From Squalus acanthias (Eukaryota): DNA of 64,000 nt. This document shows, piece after piece, positions 50,779-61,972 of this stretch. Made by a program: the position numbers and the translations under genes. The stretch is from NCBI GenBank assembly GCA_030390025.1, contig CM059431.1:143532001-143596000 (forward strand), in the 5' to 3' direction. Numbering within the stretch: the stretch's first letter is position 1; each line of letters begins with the position of its first letter. The notes below the pieces were generated by a model. The model had not been told where the DNA came from, searched no databases, and saw only the letters and a program-made list of their open reading frames with translations.

Positions 50779-50861
50779 GCACAGGTGGCCGAGCGGACTA
50801 TGGTGCTGCGTTCAGGTCACTGTCTCCTCTGGGAGTGTGGGTATGAATCCCACTCCAGACA
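50779..50861 (+). pseudogene. tRNA-Leu(CAG) pseudogene
   Basis: TGGCCGAGCGGACTATGGTGCTGCGTTCAGGTCACTGTCTCCTCTGGGAGTGTGGGTATGAATCCCACTCCAGACA aligns to vertebrate tRNA-Leu-CAG. B box mutated (GGTATGAATCC), acceptor stem broken, TTTT ~9 nt downstream. Confidence 0.8.
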
Positions 50862-50934
50862 TGCCGGTCTTTTCACTCCTCTGTGCAATTGCATTTTATG
50901 GAATTAGCTGGAACTGCTTCTTCGACACTGTGTT

Positions 50935-52160
50935 CCTATTTTTGAGGAGGTAACAAGGAGGGTGATGAGCGTAGTGCGTTTGATGTAGTGTATATGGACT
51001 TTAGCAAGGCTTTTGATAAGGTTCCACATGGCAGACTGGTCACGAAGTTAAGAGCCCATGGGATCCAGGGCAAAGTGTCAAGTTGGATTAAAAACTGGCT
51101 CGGAGACAGAAAGCAGAGGGTAACGGTTGATGGCAGTTTCCAGTGGTGTTCCGCAGGGCTCAGTACTTGGTCCCTTGCTTTTTGTGGTATATATCAATGA
51201 TCTAAAGTTGAATATAGGGGGTAGGATTACGAAGTTTGCAGATGATACTAAAATCGGCTGTGTGGTTGATACTGAAGCAGGAAGCTGTAGACTGCAGGAA
51301 GATATCAATAAATTGGACAGGTGGGCAGAACAGTGGCAAATGGAATCCAATCCGGAGAAGTGCGAGGTAATGCATTTGTGGAGGGCTAACAAGGAAAGGG
51401 AGCATACATTAAATTGTAGGACACTGAGTAGTGTAGAGGAACAAAGGGACCTTTGAGTGCAAGTCAACAGATCCCTGAAGGTAGTAGGCCAGGTAGATAA
51501 GGTGGTTAAGAAGGCATACGAAATGCGTGCCTTTATTAGCCATGGCATAGAATCCAAGAGCAGGGGATTTATGCTTCAACTGTATAAAACACTAGTTAGG
51601 CCTCAGCTAAAGTACTGCGTGAAGTTCTGTTCACCACATTACAGGAACGGTGTGATTGCACTAGAGAGGGTACAGAGGAGATTTACAAGGATTTTGCCGG
51701 GAGTAGAGAATCTTAGCTATGAGGAAAGACTAGATAGGGTGGGTCTGCTTTCCTTGGAACAGTGGAGGTTGAGGGGAGACCTTATTGAGGTGTATTTAAA
51801 TTATGAGGGCCATAGATAAAGTGGATAGAAAGGACCTATTTCCCTTAGCAGAGGGTTCAAAAACCAGGGGGCACAGATTTAAAGTAATTGATGGAAGGTT
51901 TAGAGGGGTTTGAGGAGAAATTTCTTCACCCAGATGGTTGTAGGGGTCTGGAACTCACTGCCTGAAAGGGTGCTAGAGGCAGGAAACCTAATCACATTTA
52001 AAAAGTACTTGGATGTGCACGTGGGACGCTATAACCTGCAGGGCTATGGACCAAGAGCTGGGAAGTAGGATTAGGCTGGATAGCTCTTTGTTGGCCGGCG
52101 CGGACACGATGGGCCGAAATGGCCTCCTTCCGTGCTGTAACTTTCTATGATTCTATGATT
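50935..52160 (+). mobile_element. CR1 LINE RT region and 3' end
   Basis: YMDFSKAFDKVPH, SGVPQGSVLGPLLF, KFADDTK and a (TTCTATGA)n tail. Confidence 0.92.
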
Positions 52161-52241
52161 CTATCAGAAAACTAACCCTGACATGGTTTTCCCGAGAGCA
52201 GAGAAGGTTTAGGGGAGACCTAAAAGGGATATTCAAAATTA

Positions 52242-53070
52242 TAAGAACATAAGAACATAAGAAATAGGAGCAGGAGTAGGCCAATCGGCCCTTCGAGCCT
52301 GCTCCGCCATTCAATAAGATCATGGCTGATCTGATCCTCACCTCAAATCTAAAGAACACAAGAAGTAGGAGCAGGACCCGGCCACTCAGCCCCTGGGCCC
52401 GCTACGCCACCCACAGGGCCTCAACCGATCCGAACTCAGCCTCATGTCCAATTTCCTGCCCGCTCCCCGTAACCCCTAAATTCCTTTACTTCTAGGAAAC
52501 TGTCTATTTCTGTTTTAAATTTATTTAATGATGTAGCTTCCACAGCTTCCTGGGGCAGCAAATTCTACAGACCTACTACCCTCTGAGTGAAGAAGTTTCT
52601 CCTCATCTCAATTTTGAAAGAGCAGCCCCTTATTCTAAGATTATGCCCCCTAGTTCTAGTTTCACCCATCCTTGGGAACATCCTTACCGCATCCACCCGA
52701 TCAAGCCCCTTCACAATCTTATATGTTTCAATAAGATCGCCTCTCATTCTTCTGAACTCCAATGAGTAGAGTCCCAATCTACTCAACCTCTCCTCGTATG
52801 TCCACCCCCTCATCCCGGGGATTAACCGAGTGAACCTTCTTTGTACTGCCTCGAGAGCAAGTATGTCTTTTCTTAAGTATGGACACCAAAACTGTATGCA
52901 GTATTCCAGATGCGGTCTCACCAATACCTTATATAACTGCAGCAATACCTCCCTGTTTTTATAATCTATCCCCCTAGCAATAAAAGCCAACATTCCGTTG
53001 GCCTTCTTGATCACCTGCTGCACCTGCATACTAACTTTTTGATTTTCTTGCACTAGGACCCCCAGATCCT
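52242..53070 (-). mobile_element. Young CR1 LINE nested in an older + strand CR1 (52165-53450)
   Basis: Open RT C-terminus and a (TTCTTATG)n tail. The host CR1 resumes at ~53071. Confidence 0.9.
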
Positions 53071-53854
53071 TATTATGAGGCCTTTTGATAGAGCAAGTAG
53101 GGAGAAAATGTTTTCTCTGCGGAGTGGATCGAAAACCAGAGGTCATAGGTTATAAATAATTGGCAAAAGAACTCGAGGCGGCATTAGGAGAGTTCTTTTC
53201 ACACAGAGGGTTGTTAAGATCTGTAACACATTTTCTGAAAGGATGGTGGAATCAGATTCCATAGAAACATTCAAACGGCAATTGTACATGTATTTGAAGA
53301 GAACTAATTAGCAGGGTTATGGGCTAAATGCTGGGGTTGTGGGACTGAATTCGACAGTTCTTTCAAAGAGCCGGCACAGGCAGGACGGGCCGAATGGCCT
53401 CATTCTGTGCAGTCAGATTGTGTGATCCTAAGATTCAATGATTCTATGACTCCGGCCACTTGTTCATCCCCCTTTCTCTTCACACTACGATTAGTCTGCC
53501 ATAACCTGTGCCTCACTGCCGGGAGTTTCCTTCCCAAATCCTCTCATCTCCTGCTTTAAGATCCTCTTATAACCGTTAGCTTTGAGGAGTCTTTTGATCA
53601 CACATCTTAATGGATCCTTCTTTGGATTTGCCTTCCATTATTTTGATCACACCTCTATGAAGCGCATTGGGAGATCTCTAACAAGTGGGGAGGGGCCCAG
53701 GGTTTATCAAGCTGTGTGGAACACTTTACTGAACAAGTGTGTTTGTGTCTGTTTGTTACATTAATGAGGGCATCTGGCGCTACTCTCCCTGACACTGGGG
53801 AACAGGTTCTGTTTCTGTAATTATCAATACTCTGATCAACGCTAGACAGAGCTT

Positions 53855-53926
53855 TGAAACCGACGTGATTTGAACTCGCAGCCTTCTGATCGGGAATCAG
53901 ACGCGCTGTCATTGCGCCACGAGTTC
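53855..53926 (-). tRNA. tRNA-Trp-derived gene or pseudogene with anticodon CCC
   Basis: 72 nt GAACTCGTGGCGCAATGACAGCGCGTCTGATTCCCGATCAGAAGGCTGCGAGTTCAAATCACGTCGGTTTCA. Body matches vertebrate tRNA-Trp, anticodon stem TCTGA/TCAGA intact, mismatches in acceptor and T stems. Confidence 0.8.
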
Positions 53927-54286
53927 AACGTTTGCCACAGCGCAGGAATGGTTATATATATCAATGTTTCCCAAACACCGTTTAATTGTTACCCAGAATC
54001 AGCACATGACAGGAAAATAAACTAGGAAACTGCTCAAAATACACAACAGGTCATGCAACTTATTAGAACTGCAAACAAGGCCGTGTGAAACTATAAACCT
54101 TGGGTGTGTATATAGAATCATAGAAACTCACAGGACAGGAGGAGGACATTCGGCCCGTCGTGCCTGTGCTGGTTTAGAAAGACCAGCCGTGCTCAGTCCT
54201 ACTGCCCCGCTTTTTGTCCCTAACCCTGTAAGATCCTCAGGAGAATGCGCCAGTTTCAACGATTGATGCAGCCATTGGTTCAGTGC

Positions 54287-57200
54287 TAAGAACATAAGAA
54301 ATAAAAGCAGGAGTAGGCCATGCGGCCCCTCGAGCCTGCTCCGCCATTCAATAAGATCATGGCTGATCATCGACCTGAACTCCACTTTCCCGCCGATCTC
54401 CATAACCCTTGATTCCCCTGGAGTCCAAAAACTATCTATCTCAGCCTTGAATATACTCAAAGACTCAGCATGCACAACCCTCTGGGGCAGAGAATTCCAA
54501 AGATTCACAACCTTCTGAGTAAAGAAATCCCTCCTCATCTCTGTCTGAAATGGCCTACCCCATATGCTGAGATTATGCCGCCTAGTTCTAGGCACTCCAG
54601 CCAGTGGGACCAATCTCACAACATCTACGCTGTCAATCCCTTTCTGAATTTTATATGTTTCAATGAGATCACCTCTCATTTTTCTAAACTCCAGTGATTA
54701 TAGGCCCATTCGACACATTCTCTCATAATAGGACAGCCCTCTCATCCCAGGAATCAATCTAGTGAACCTTTGTTGCACCGCCTACAAGGCAATTATATCC
54801 TTCCTTAGATAAGGAGAGCAAAACTGTGCACAGTACTCCAGTTGTGGTCTCACCAAGGCCCTGTACAATTGTAGTAAGACTTCCTTACTCTTATACTCCA
54901 ACTCCCTTGCAATAAAGGCAAACATCCCATTTGCCTCCCTTATTGCATGTTGTACCTGCATGCCAGCTTTCTGTGTTTCTTGCACGAGGACACCCACATC
55001 TCTCTGAAAATAAACATTTAATAGTTTCTCACCATTTAAAAAATAATTTGTTTTTCTATTCTTCCTACGAAAGTGGATAACCTCACATTTCCACAAAGTA
55101 TTCTCCATCTGCCACCATACTGCCCACTCTTACTCAATTTATATTCCTTTATAGACTCTTTGTTTTCTCCTCACAGTTTACTGTCCCACCTAGCACTTTA
55201 TTGTCAGCAAACTTGGATACGTTACAGTCGGTCCCTTCATCGAGGTCATTAATGTAGACTGTAAATAGCAGAGGCCCCAACACTGATCATCGCGGCACCC
55301 CACTATTTACAGCCTGCCAACCTGAAAAGACCCGTTTATCAAACTCTCTGTTTTCTGTCCGTTAACCAATCCTCTATCCATGCTATTATATTACCCCCAA
55401 CCTCATGAGCCCTTATGCTGTGTAATAATTTTTTATATGGCACCTTATCGAATGCCTTTTGGAAATCCAAATATACCACACTCACTGGTTCCCCTTTATC
55501 TACCCTACTAGTTACATCCTCAATTAACTCTACTAAACTTGTCAAACACAATTTCTCTTTCATAAAACCATGTTGACTCTGCCTAATCATGTTATGATTT
55601 TCTAAGCATTTTCCAAACGATTGATGTCAGGCTTTCTGGCCTGTAGATCCCTGTTTTTTGTCTCCCTCCTTTCTTGAATAGCAGTGTTACATTTGCTACC
55701 TTCCAATCCGTTGGGACCACTCTAGAATCTATGGAATTTTGGAAGATCTAAACCAATGCATCCACTATTTCTGCAGCGATCTCTTTTAGAACCCTAGGAT
55801 GTCGGCCGTCAGGTCCAGGGGATTTGTCGGCTTTTAGTCCCATTAATTTCTCTCGTACTTTCCCTCTACTTATATTAATTACGTTAAGTTCCTCACCCTC
55901 ATTTGACCCTTGGATTGCTACTATTTTTGGTATGCATTTTGTGTCTTCTACTGTGAAGACAGATACAATGTTTTTAACATTTCTGCCATCTCCTTATTCC
56001 CCATAATATTTCTACTGCTTCAGCCTCTAAGGGACCAATGTTTACTTTTTGCTGCTCTCTTACTATTTACATACTTGTAGAAGTTTTACAATCTGTTTTT
56101 ATATTTCTTGCTAGTTTTCTCTCATATACCATTTTTTCCCTTTTTATCCATTTTTTTTGTCAACCTTTGCTGGTTTCTGAAACTAACCAATCCTCAGGCT
56201 TCCTATTATTCTTCGCAACATTATAAGCTTCTTTATTCAATCTAATGCTATCCTTATCTTCTTCAATTATCCACGGATGGATCACTTTTCCCGTGGAGTT
56301 TTTGTTTCTCAATGGAATGTATTTTTGTTGAGAATTATTAAATATTTCTTAAATGCTAGCCACTGCTTATCTACCAACGTAACTTTTAATCTATTTTTCC
56401 AATGTACCTTAGCCAACTCTATCCTCATACCTATGTAAGACTTTAAATTCGGACTTTGGTAACTCACTCTCAAACTTAATTGCCCAAAATTTGCGGTCGG
56501 AGGCTTCCCGCTGACAGATGCCTCCAACCTGTAAAAAATCTACAAATTTATCTGGTGGTCTGGGAGGTATGGTGAACTGCGCTCCTGGGCCTCTTTGAGT
56601 ACCCGCGGGTAGAGACCCACGTATCCGAGGGGCGATTGCGAATCGCATGCGTCCCTGGGATCACGCCGGCAAGCCCAACCAATAACAGAGGGAATCCCCA
56701 TTCATACTTATGGGAGTTCTGTACGGACGGAGTCCCCATAAGTGTGAATGTGGATCTGTTAAAAAATACACGAACACTTGAAATAAATTTTAAAATATTC
56801 ATATTTTAAATGAATTAAAATGCCACTCAGTTCAATACTTTTAACAAAAATTTAATTAAACAAATATATATGTTTTAACGGGCTAAAAATAAATGTCTTT
56901 ATTAGACAGGGTGTTTAATGTATAAATAATTGATAAAATTTTATTTTTCTATATTTAAAGCTCTTATCCTTGTAAAAGCAGGCCTTACCCCTGTATTTAC
57001 CAGGCACAAGAATTTCACAGGCATTCACCGGGCGGAAGTTGGGCAAATAGCACAACTCTCCACCTGTGGAGGCCTTTTTCTGTGGATGCAGTTAATCTGT
57101 TAAGCAGATCACAATTTCCGGGTTTTAGTGCATGCGCATCACATACCTAAACCTGGGAAGTGCGCGGCCCCTTTGGGTGCGTACACACCTCACAGTTACC

Positions 57201-57370
57201 CGTACGGGTCGCAAAATATGGCCCTTTGTGAAATTCTATCATATTATGATCACTCTGCCCCAGAGCATCATTTACTATGAGAATGCTAATTAACCCTTTC
57301 TCATTACACAATACAAGATCCAAAATAGCCTGTTCCCTGGTTGGTCCCATAACGTATTGTTCTAGGACAT
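54287..57370 (-). mobile_element. CR1 LINE interrupted by a MITE at 56481-57224
   Basis: PTREQAILDLVLCNE, QSQHGFMKEKLCLT, YLDFQKAFDKVP and a 3' tail at ~54287. Confidence 0.88.
56481..57224. mobile_element. Non-autonomous DNA transposon (MITE, probably Harbinger-related)
   Basis: Imperfect terminal inverted repeats GCCCAAAATTTGCG / CGCAAAATATGGCCC around an AT-rich core. Splits a CR1. A related end lies at ~35700-35818 beside the Harbinger nuclease. Confidence 0.65.
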
Positions 57371-57532
57371 TTTTGGAGATTTTTGGATATTAAGTGAATC
57401 AAGGGATATGTGGATAGTGCAGGAAAGTGGAGTTGAGGTAGAAGATCACTAATGATCTTTTTGAATGGCTGAGCAGGCTCGAATGGCCAAATGGCCGACT
57501 CCTGCTCCTATTTCTTATGAAATTGTCCCGAA

Positions 57533-58800
57533 TAAGAACATAAGAAATAGGAGCAGGAGTAGGCCAATCGGCCCCTCGAGCATGCTCCGCCATTCAATAA
57601 GATCATGGCTGATCTGATCCTAACCGCCAATCTACTATCTATCACAGAACCATCTCCTGCATCTAACAGAATTGCACACACGAAATAGGAGCAGAATCAG
57701 GCTACACAGTCCCTGGGCCCGCTCCACTACCCACAGGGCCATGACCGATCCGAACCTAGACTCATGTCCAAATTCCTGCCCGCTCCCCGTAACCCTTAAT
57801 GCCCTTTACTTCTAGGAAACTGTCTATTTCTGTTTTAAATTTAATTAATGTTGTAGCTTCTACAGCTTTTTGTGGCAGCATATTCCATGGACCTACCACC
57901 CTCTGAGTGAAGTAGGTCCTCCTCATCTCAGTTTTGAAAGAGCAGCCCCTTATTCTAAGACTATGTCCCCTAGTTCTCGTCTCACCCGTCATCGGGAACA
58001 TCCTCCCCGCATCCACCCGATCCAACCCCTTCACAATCTTATATGTTTCAATAAGATCGCCTCTCATTCTTCTGAACTCCAATGAGTAGAGTCCCAATCT
58101 ACACAACCTCTCCTCATATGACCACCCCCTCATCCCCGGGATTAACCGAGTGAACCTTTTTTGCACTGCCTCGAGAGCAAGGATGTCTTTCCTTAAGTAA
58201 GGACACCAAAACTGTATGCAGTATTCCAGGTGCGGTCTCACCAATACCTTGTACAACTGAAGCAATACCTCCCTATTTTTATATTCTATCCCCCTAGCAA
58301 TGAAAGCCAACATTCCATTTGCCTTCTTAATCACTTGCTGCACCTGCATACTAACCTTTTGAGTTTCGTGCACCAGGACCCCCAGATCCCTTTGCACTTC
58401 AGTACTCTCCAGTTTCTTGCCATTAAGATAATAAATTGCTCTAGGATTTTTCCTGCCAAAGTGCATCACCTCACACTTTCCAGTGTTGTATTCCATCTGC
58501 CAAATCTCTGCCCACTTACTTAGCCTGTCTATGTCCCCTTGCAGGTTTTTTATGTCCTCCTCACTCACTACTTTCCCTCCCATCTTTGTATCATCTGCAA
58601 ATTTTGATATGTTACACTTGGTCCCTTCCTCCAAATCGTTAATATAGATTGTGAAGAGTTGGGGACCCAGCACTGACCCCTGTGGAACACCACTAGTTAC
58701 TGATTGCCAGTCTGAGAATGAACCATTTATCCCAACTCTTTGCTTTCTGTTAGATAGCCAATCCTCTATCCATGCCAGAATATTACCCCCAATCCCGTGA
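57533..58800 (-). mobile_element. Young CR1 LINE, 5'-truncated, uninterrupted RT C-terminal ORF
   Basis: Open ~345 codons with SGVPQGSVLGPQLF and KFADDTK, plus a (TTCTTATG) tail. Confidence 0.95.
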
Positions 58801-58879
58801 TTCCATGAACTCGTCCTCCAGAGTACCTTTGCCAATTTGATTTGTCCAGTCTACATGAAGAAGAATGCTCCAGTGTGAA

Positions 58880-59330
58880 CTACAACAAAAACTGTAGTGT
58901 AATCAAACTTCCCTAGGCACTACACAGGAGCGTTATCAAACAACATTTAACACCGAGAAACAGAAGGTGGGTTTAGGATCGGCGACCAAAATCTTGCTAA
59001 AAGCGGTCGGTTTTAAGCAGCATCTTGAAGGAGGAGAGAGCAGTCCAGAGGTGGAGCGGCTGATGGAGAAAATTCCAAATCATAGGTTCCAGGCAATTGA
59101 AGGCTTGGGAATCGGCAAGTGGCCGGATTTGCAGGAGAGTAGAGATCTCGGAGGGTTGTTGCGCTGGAGGAGGTTACTGAGATATGAAGGGGAGAAACAT
59201 GGAGGGATTTGAAAACAAGGATGAAAATTTTAAATCGAGGCATTGCCGTAACGGAAGCCAATGTAGATCAGCGAGCATCGGGGCGATGGGTGAATGGGTA
59301 TTTGTGCGAGTTAGGATACGGTCTGCTAAG
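58880..59330 (-). mobile_element. L2-type LINE 3' fragment
   Basis: RFKIFILVFKSLH motif and an L2-like 3' region similar to 12004-12316. Confidence 0.65.
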
Positions 59331-59335
59331 TTTCA

Positions 59336-59866
59336 TTAGTAAGTTCCTGTTCCATGATTCACTCTTTGTCGGACATATTCCTCCATGCATTGCAAAGCTG
59401 TGTTGTCTAGCACTGGATTAAACTTATTGGCGAACAGAGGTTTCTGTTGGATGATCCAGTGGAGATCTCCAGACCCATTCACACAGAGCTGATGGCTGTA
59501 CCTTCCTGCACAAGGCGTATATAAGGCTCCTTTCGCAATATCAACAGCATTAACAGACCACTTCCCTGCTCGAGTAAGGACTGGTGCGTCACCCCTGTGG
59601 TGCCTGGGAGTGTATGGAATGGAGCCGGGTACCTCGGGCATTCTCTGCAGGGTGGCCCAGATGTGTTCATCGGGGCTGTAGGTATCCTCCGACCACTTGA
59701 AGAATGCCTGGATATCCGGGTTCACAAACAAAATACTCGCAAATTCCCTGGTGACCAGAACGTATGCGCTCCCCACAAACACGGGACTGCGTCTGGGTGA
59801 GGGGCTCTTCGTTCGATCCGTTCTGACCATAATCTTGCGGACATCATAATGAAATTTCCATCGTCT
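59336..59866 (-). pseudogene. Core-2/I-branching beta-1,6-GlcNAc-transferase (GCNT, GT14)-like last exon
   Basis: Acceptor actttcag|AGACGATGG. Motifs FVGSAYVLVTREF, WSEDTYSPDEHIWATLQR, GSGDLHW and LFANKF. Confidence 0.88.
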
Positions 59867-60286
59867 CTGAAAGTCAACACCAACAGCAATCGTTTCTCAT
59901 TTTCTAACTTAATTCGCATTTACCTGCCACACCAGGACTAGCATCAGTAACGTTAAACGTGCATTTTCTAAATGAAGTTAAACTTTAACTACTTTGTTTT
60001 GCTTGTATAAATTTTGCGTGGAAAATGTTGATAACTAGTGCAGATCAAAAGAGTGAAAAATTTCAAAAGATTGGCTCAGATTGGTTATTTAGAATCGCTC
60101 CGGTCACCCGCAAGCATCGCATTTAGACATGTGATATAAAACAAGCCAATCAACATCACACCTGAAAGGAATGTATGTCAGGGCTTTGAAATCAATGTAG
60201 GAAACAACAAATGTTCATCTGCAATAAAAACAGAAAATGCTGGAAATACTCAGCAGGTCAGGCAGCATCTGTGGAGAGAGAAACAG

Positions 60287-60323
60287 AGTTAACGTTTCAG
60301 GTCGATGATCCTTCGTCAGAACT
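60287..60323 (-). ncRNA. Minimal hammerhead ribozyme motif
   Basis: The - strand reads AGUU CUGACGA AGGAUCAUCGACCU GAAAC GUU AACU. Confidence 0.7.
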
Positions 60324-60741
60324 GGAAAAAGCTGAAGATGGAACAGGTTTTTAAGCAAGTGTAGGGGCAGGGAAAGGTGGGAGAGGAGGAAAGAAAAAAA
60401 GGGAAGGTCAACGTAAGCTCGAGGAACAGCGCTTCATCTTTCGATGAGGCACTTTACAGACTCCTGGACTCAACATCGAGCCCCGCTCCTTTTTCTCTCT
60501 CTCCCACATGGCAGCTGTCTTTCATTCTGCCAGTGCCATTTACACTTCATCTAGAGCCATCTTTTGTATCTTAACTTGTCCCATTACCATCTCCTTTTGC
60601 CTTGCACCATCATCCCTTTTGTCTCTTAATCTCTCCTGCCTTCCATCCTATCACAGATCTTCCCTTTTGTTCTTTGGTTCACTCCCCCCTTTCCCTGCCT
60701 CTGGAATTGCTTAAAAACCTGTTCCATCTCCAGCTTTTTCC

Positions 60742-60778
60742 AGTTCTGACGAAGGGTCATCGACCTGAAACACTAACC
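60742..60778 (+). ncRNA. Minimal hammerhead ribozyme motif, degenerate stem III
   Basis: AGUU CUGACGA AGGGUCAUCGACCU GAAAC ACU AACC. Confidence 0.6.
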
Positions 60779-61374
60779 CTGTTTCTCTCTCCACAGATGC
60801 TACCGGACCTGCTGAGTATTTGCAGAATTTTCTGCTTTTATTTCAGATTCCAGCATCTGCATTATTTTGCTTTTGTATAAATGTTCATCTGCCACGTCTT
60901 CAGTTGCCCGGGAAGAGAGCCCAATACAGTATGATGTCATCCTTCTATTCTCGTACCCATACCAAGTTATTTCAAACATACGATTTCGGGCTTGAGGAAA
61001 ACTAACTGCAGATTCAGGTCAGCACTTGACTGTCCAATGCAGTGAAGCGAGAGATGTGAGACCCCCTGAGGGGACAGGTTCACAACCCTTGTGCTTCACC
61101 GCATGTGTAGTGTGTCCACTGTCTGATGATGAGAATGTGTCATTCCTTCAAATATCTATTCAGTTACTTATTACTACATTTAACTGAAACCGCTGCCTCC
61201 CGGGCGGTGAAGCCCACGTGGTCACCACCATCTGTGTTTAAGAAAGCAAATGTATTGAGGAGAATGCTACTGATCTACAAACATAGGCGACATTGATCAG
61301 GGAGCGATAACTATACTAGTGCGAGTGAACTGGATGGAGTGAATGATTGAGCGAGTGTGAGGGAGGGTGGAGGG

Positions 61375-61640
61375 AGAGATGGATGAATGGATGGGCGGAT
61401 GGATGAATGGATGGAAGGATGGATGGATGGATGGAAGGATGGTTGGACAGATGGATTGATGGATGGAAGGATGGATGGATGGATGGATGGATGGATGGAT
61501 GGAAGGATGGATGGATGGATGGATGGAAGGATGGATGGATGGATGGATGGATGGATGGATGCATGAATGATTGGGCGGAAGGTTGGATGAATAGATGGAT
61601 GGATGGATGGATGGATGAAAAACCAGGATGAATGGATGGA
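61375..61640. repeat. (GGAT)n microsatellite in GCNT intron
   Basis: Long imperfect GGAT/GGAA run. Confidence 0.97.
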
Positions 61641-61667
61641 CACACGGGATGGATCTGGATCATTTAC

Positions 61668-61972
61668 CTGTTTGTATCGCGGTGGAGGGTCCGACACTAT
61701 AACATTTGAGCTGTTCATGGCCATGAGACTGTTCACTATCTCCCGGTTGGTTTTTATTGGATAGTCTTTTCCACAAACATTGATGAAGTATCTCCACGGG
61801 ACAGAGCTCCGCAGCAGCTCTTCCATACAGTTCAGTTCAGCCTGAACTCTGGACCATGAGGCGTACGTCACCGTCTCCTATTTTCCGACGATGAAGACAT
61901 TAGTGAAACAGAAAGCGATTGCCTGGACCGCCGAGTGAAACGGCTTTCGAGACTTCCTGTCCACGTGGACAC
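61668..61972 (-). pseudogene. GCNT-like exon with in-frame stop, truncated by a CR1 insertion
   Basis: [64 protein letters not shown]|gtaaat, with TAG at 61878-61880. Confidence 0.88.

Larger units (their letters stand above)
60223..60878. mobile_element. Penelope-like element with inverted ends and 14-bp target-site duplication
   Basis: Ends are inverted copies. Flanked by AAATGTTCATCTGC at 60209-60222 and 60879-60892. Hammerhead cores in both ends. Confidence 0.8.

Noticed and set aside
61311..61663. IHPS/GWMD repeat proteins
   Set aside because: They are translations of the (GGAT)n microsatellite past the GCNT splice donor.
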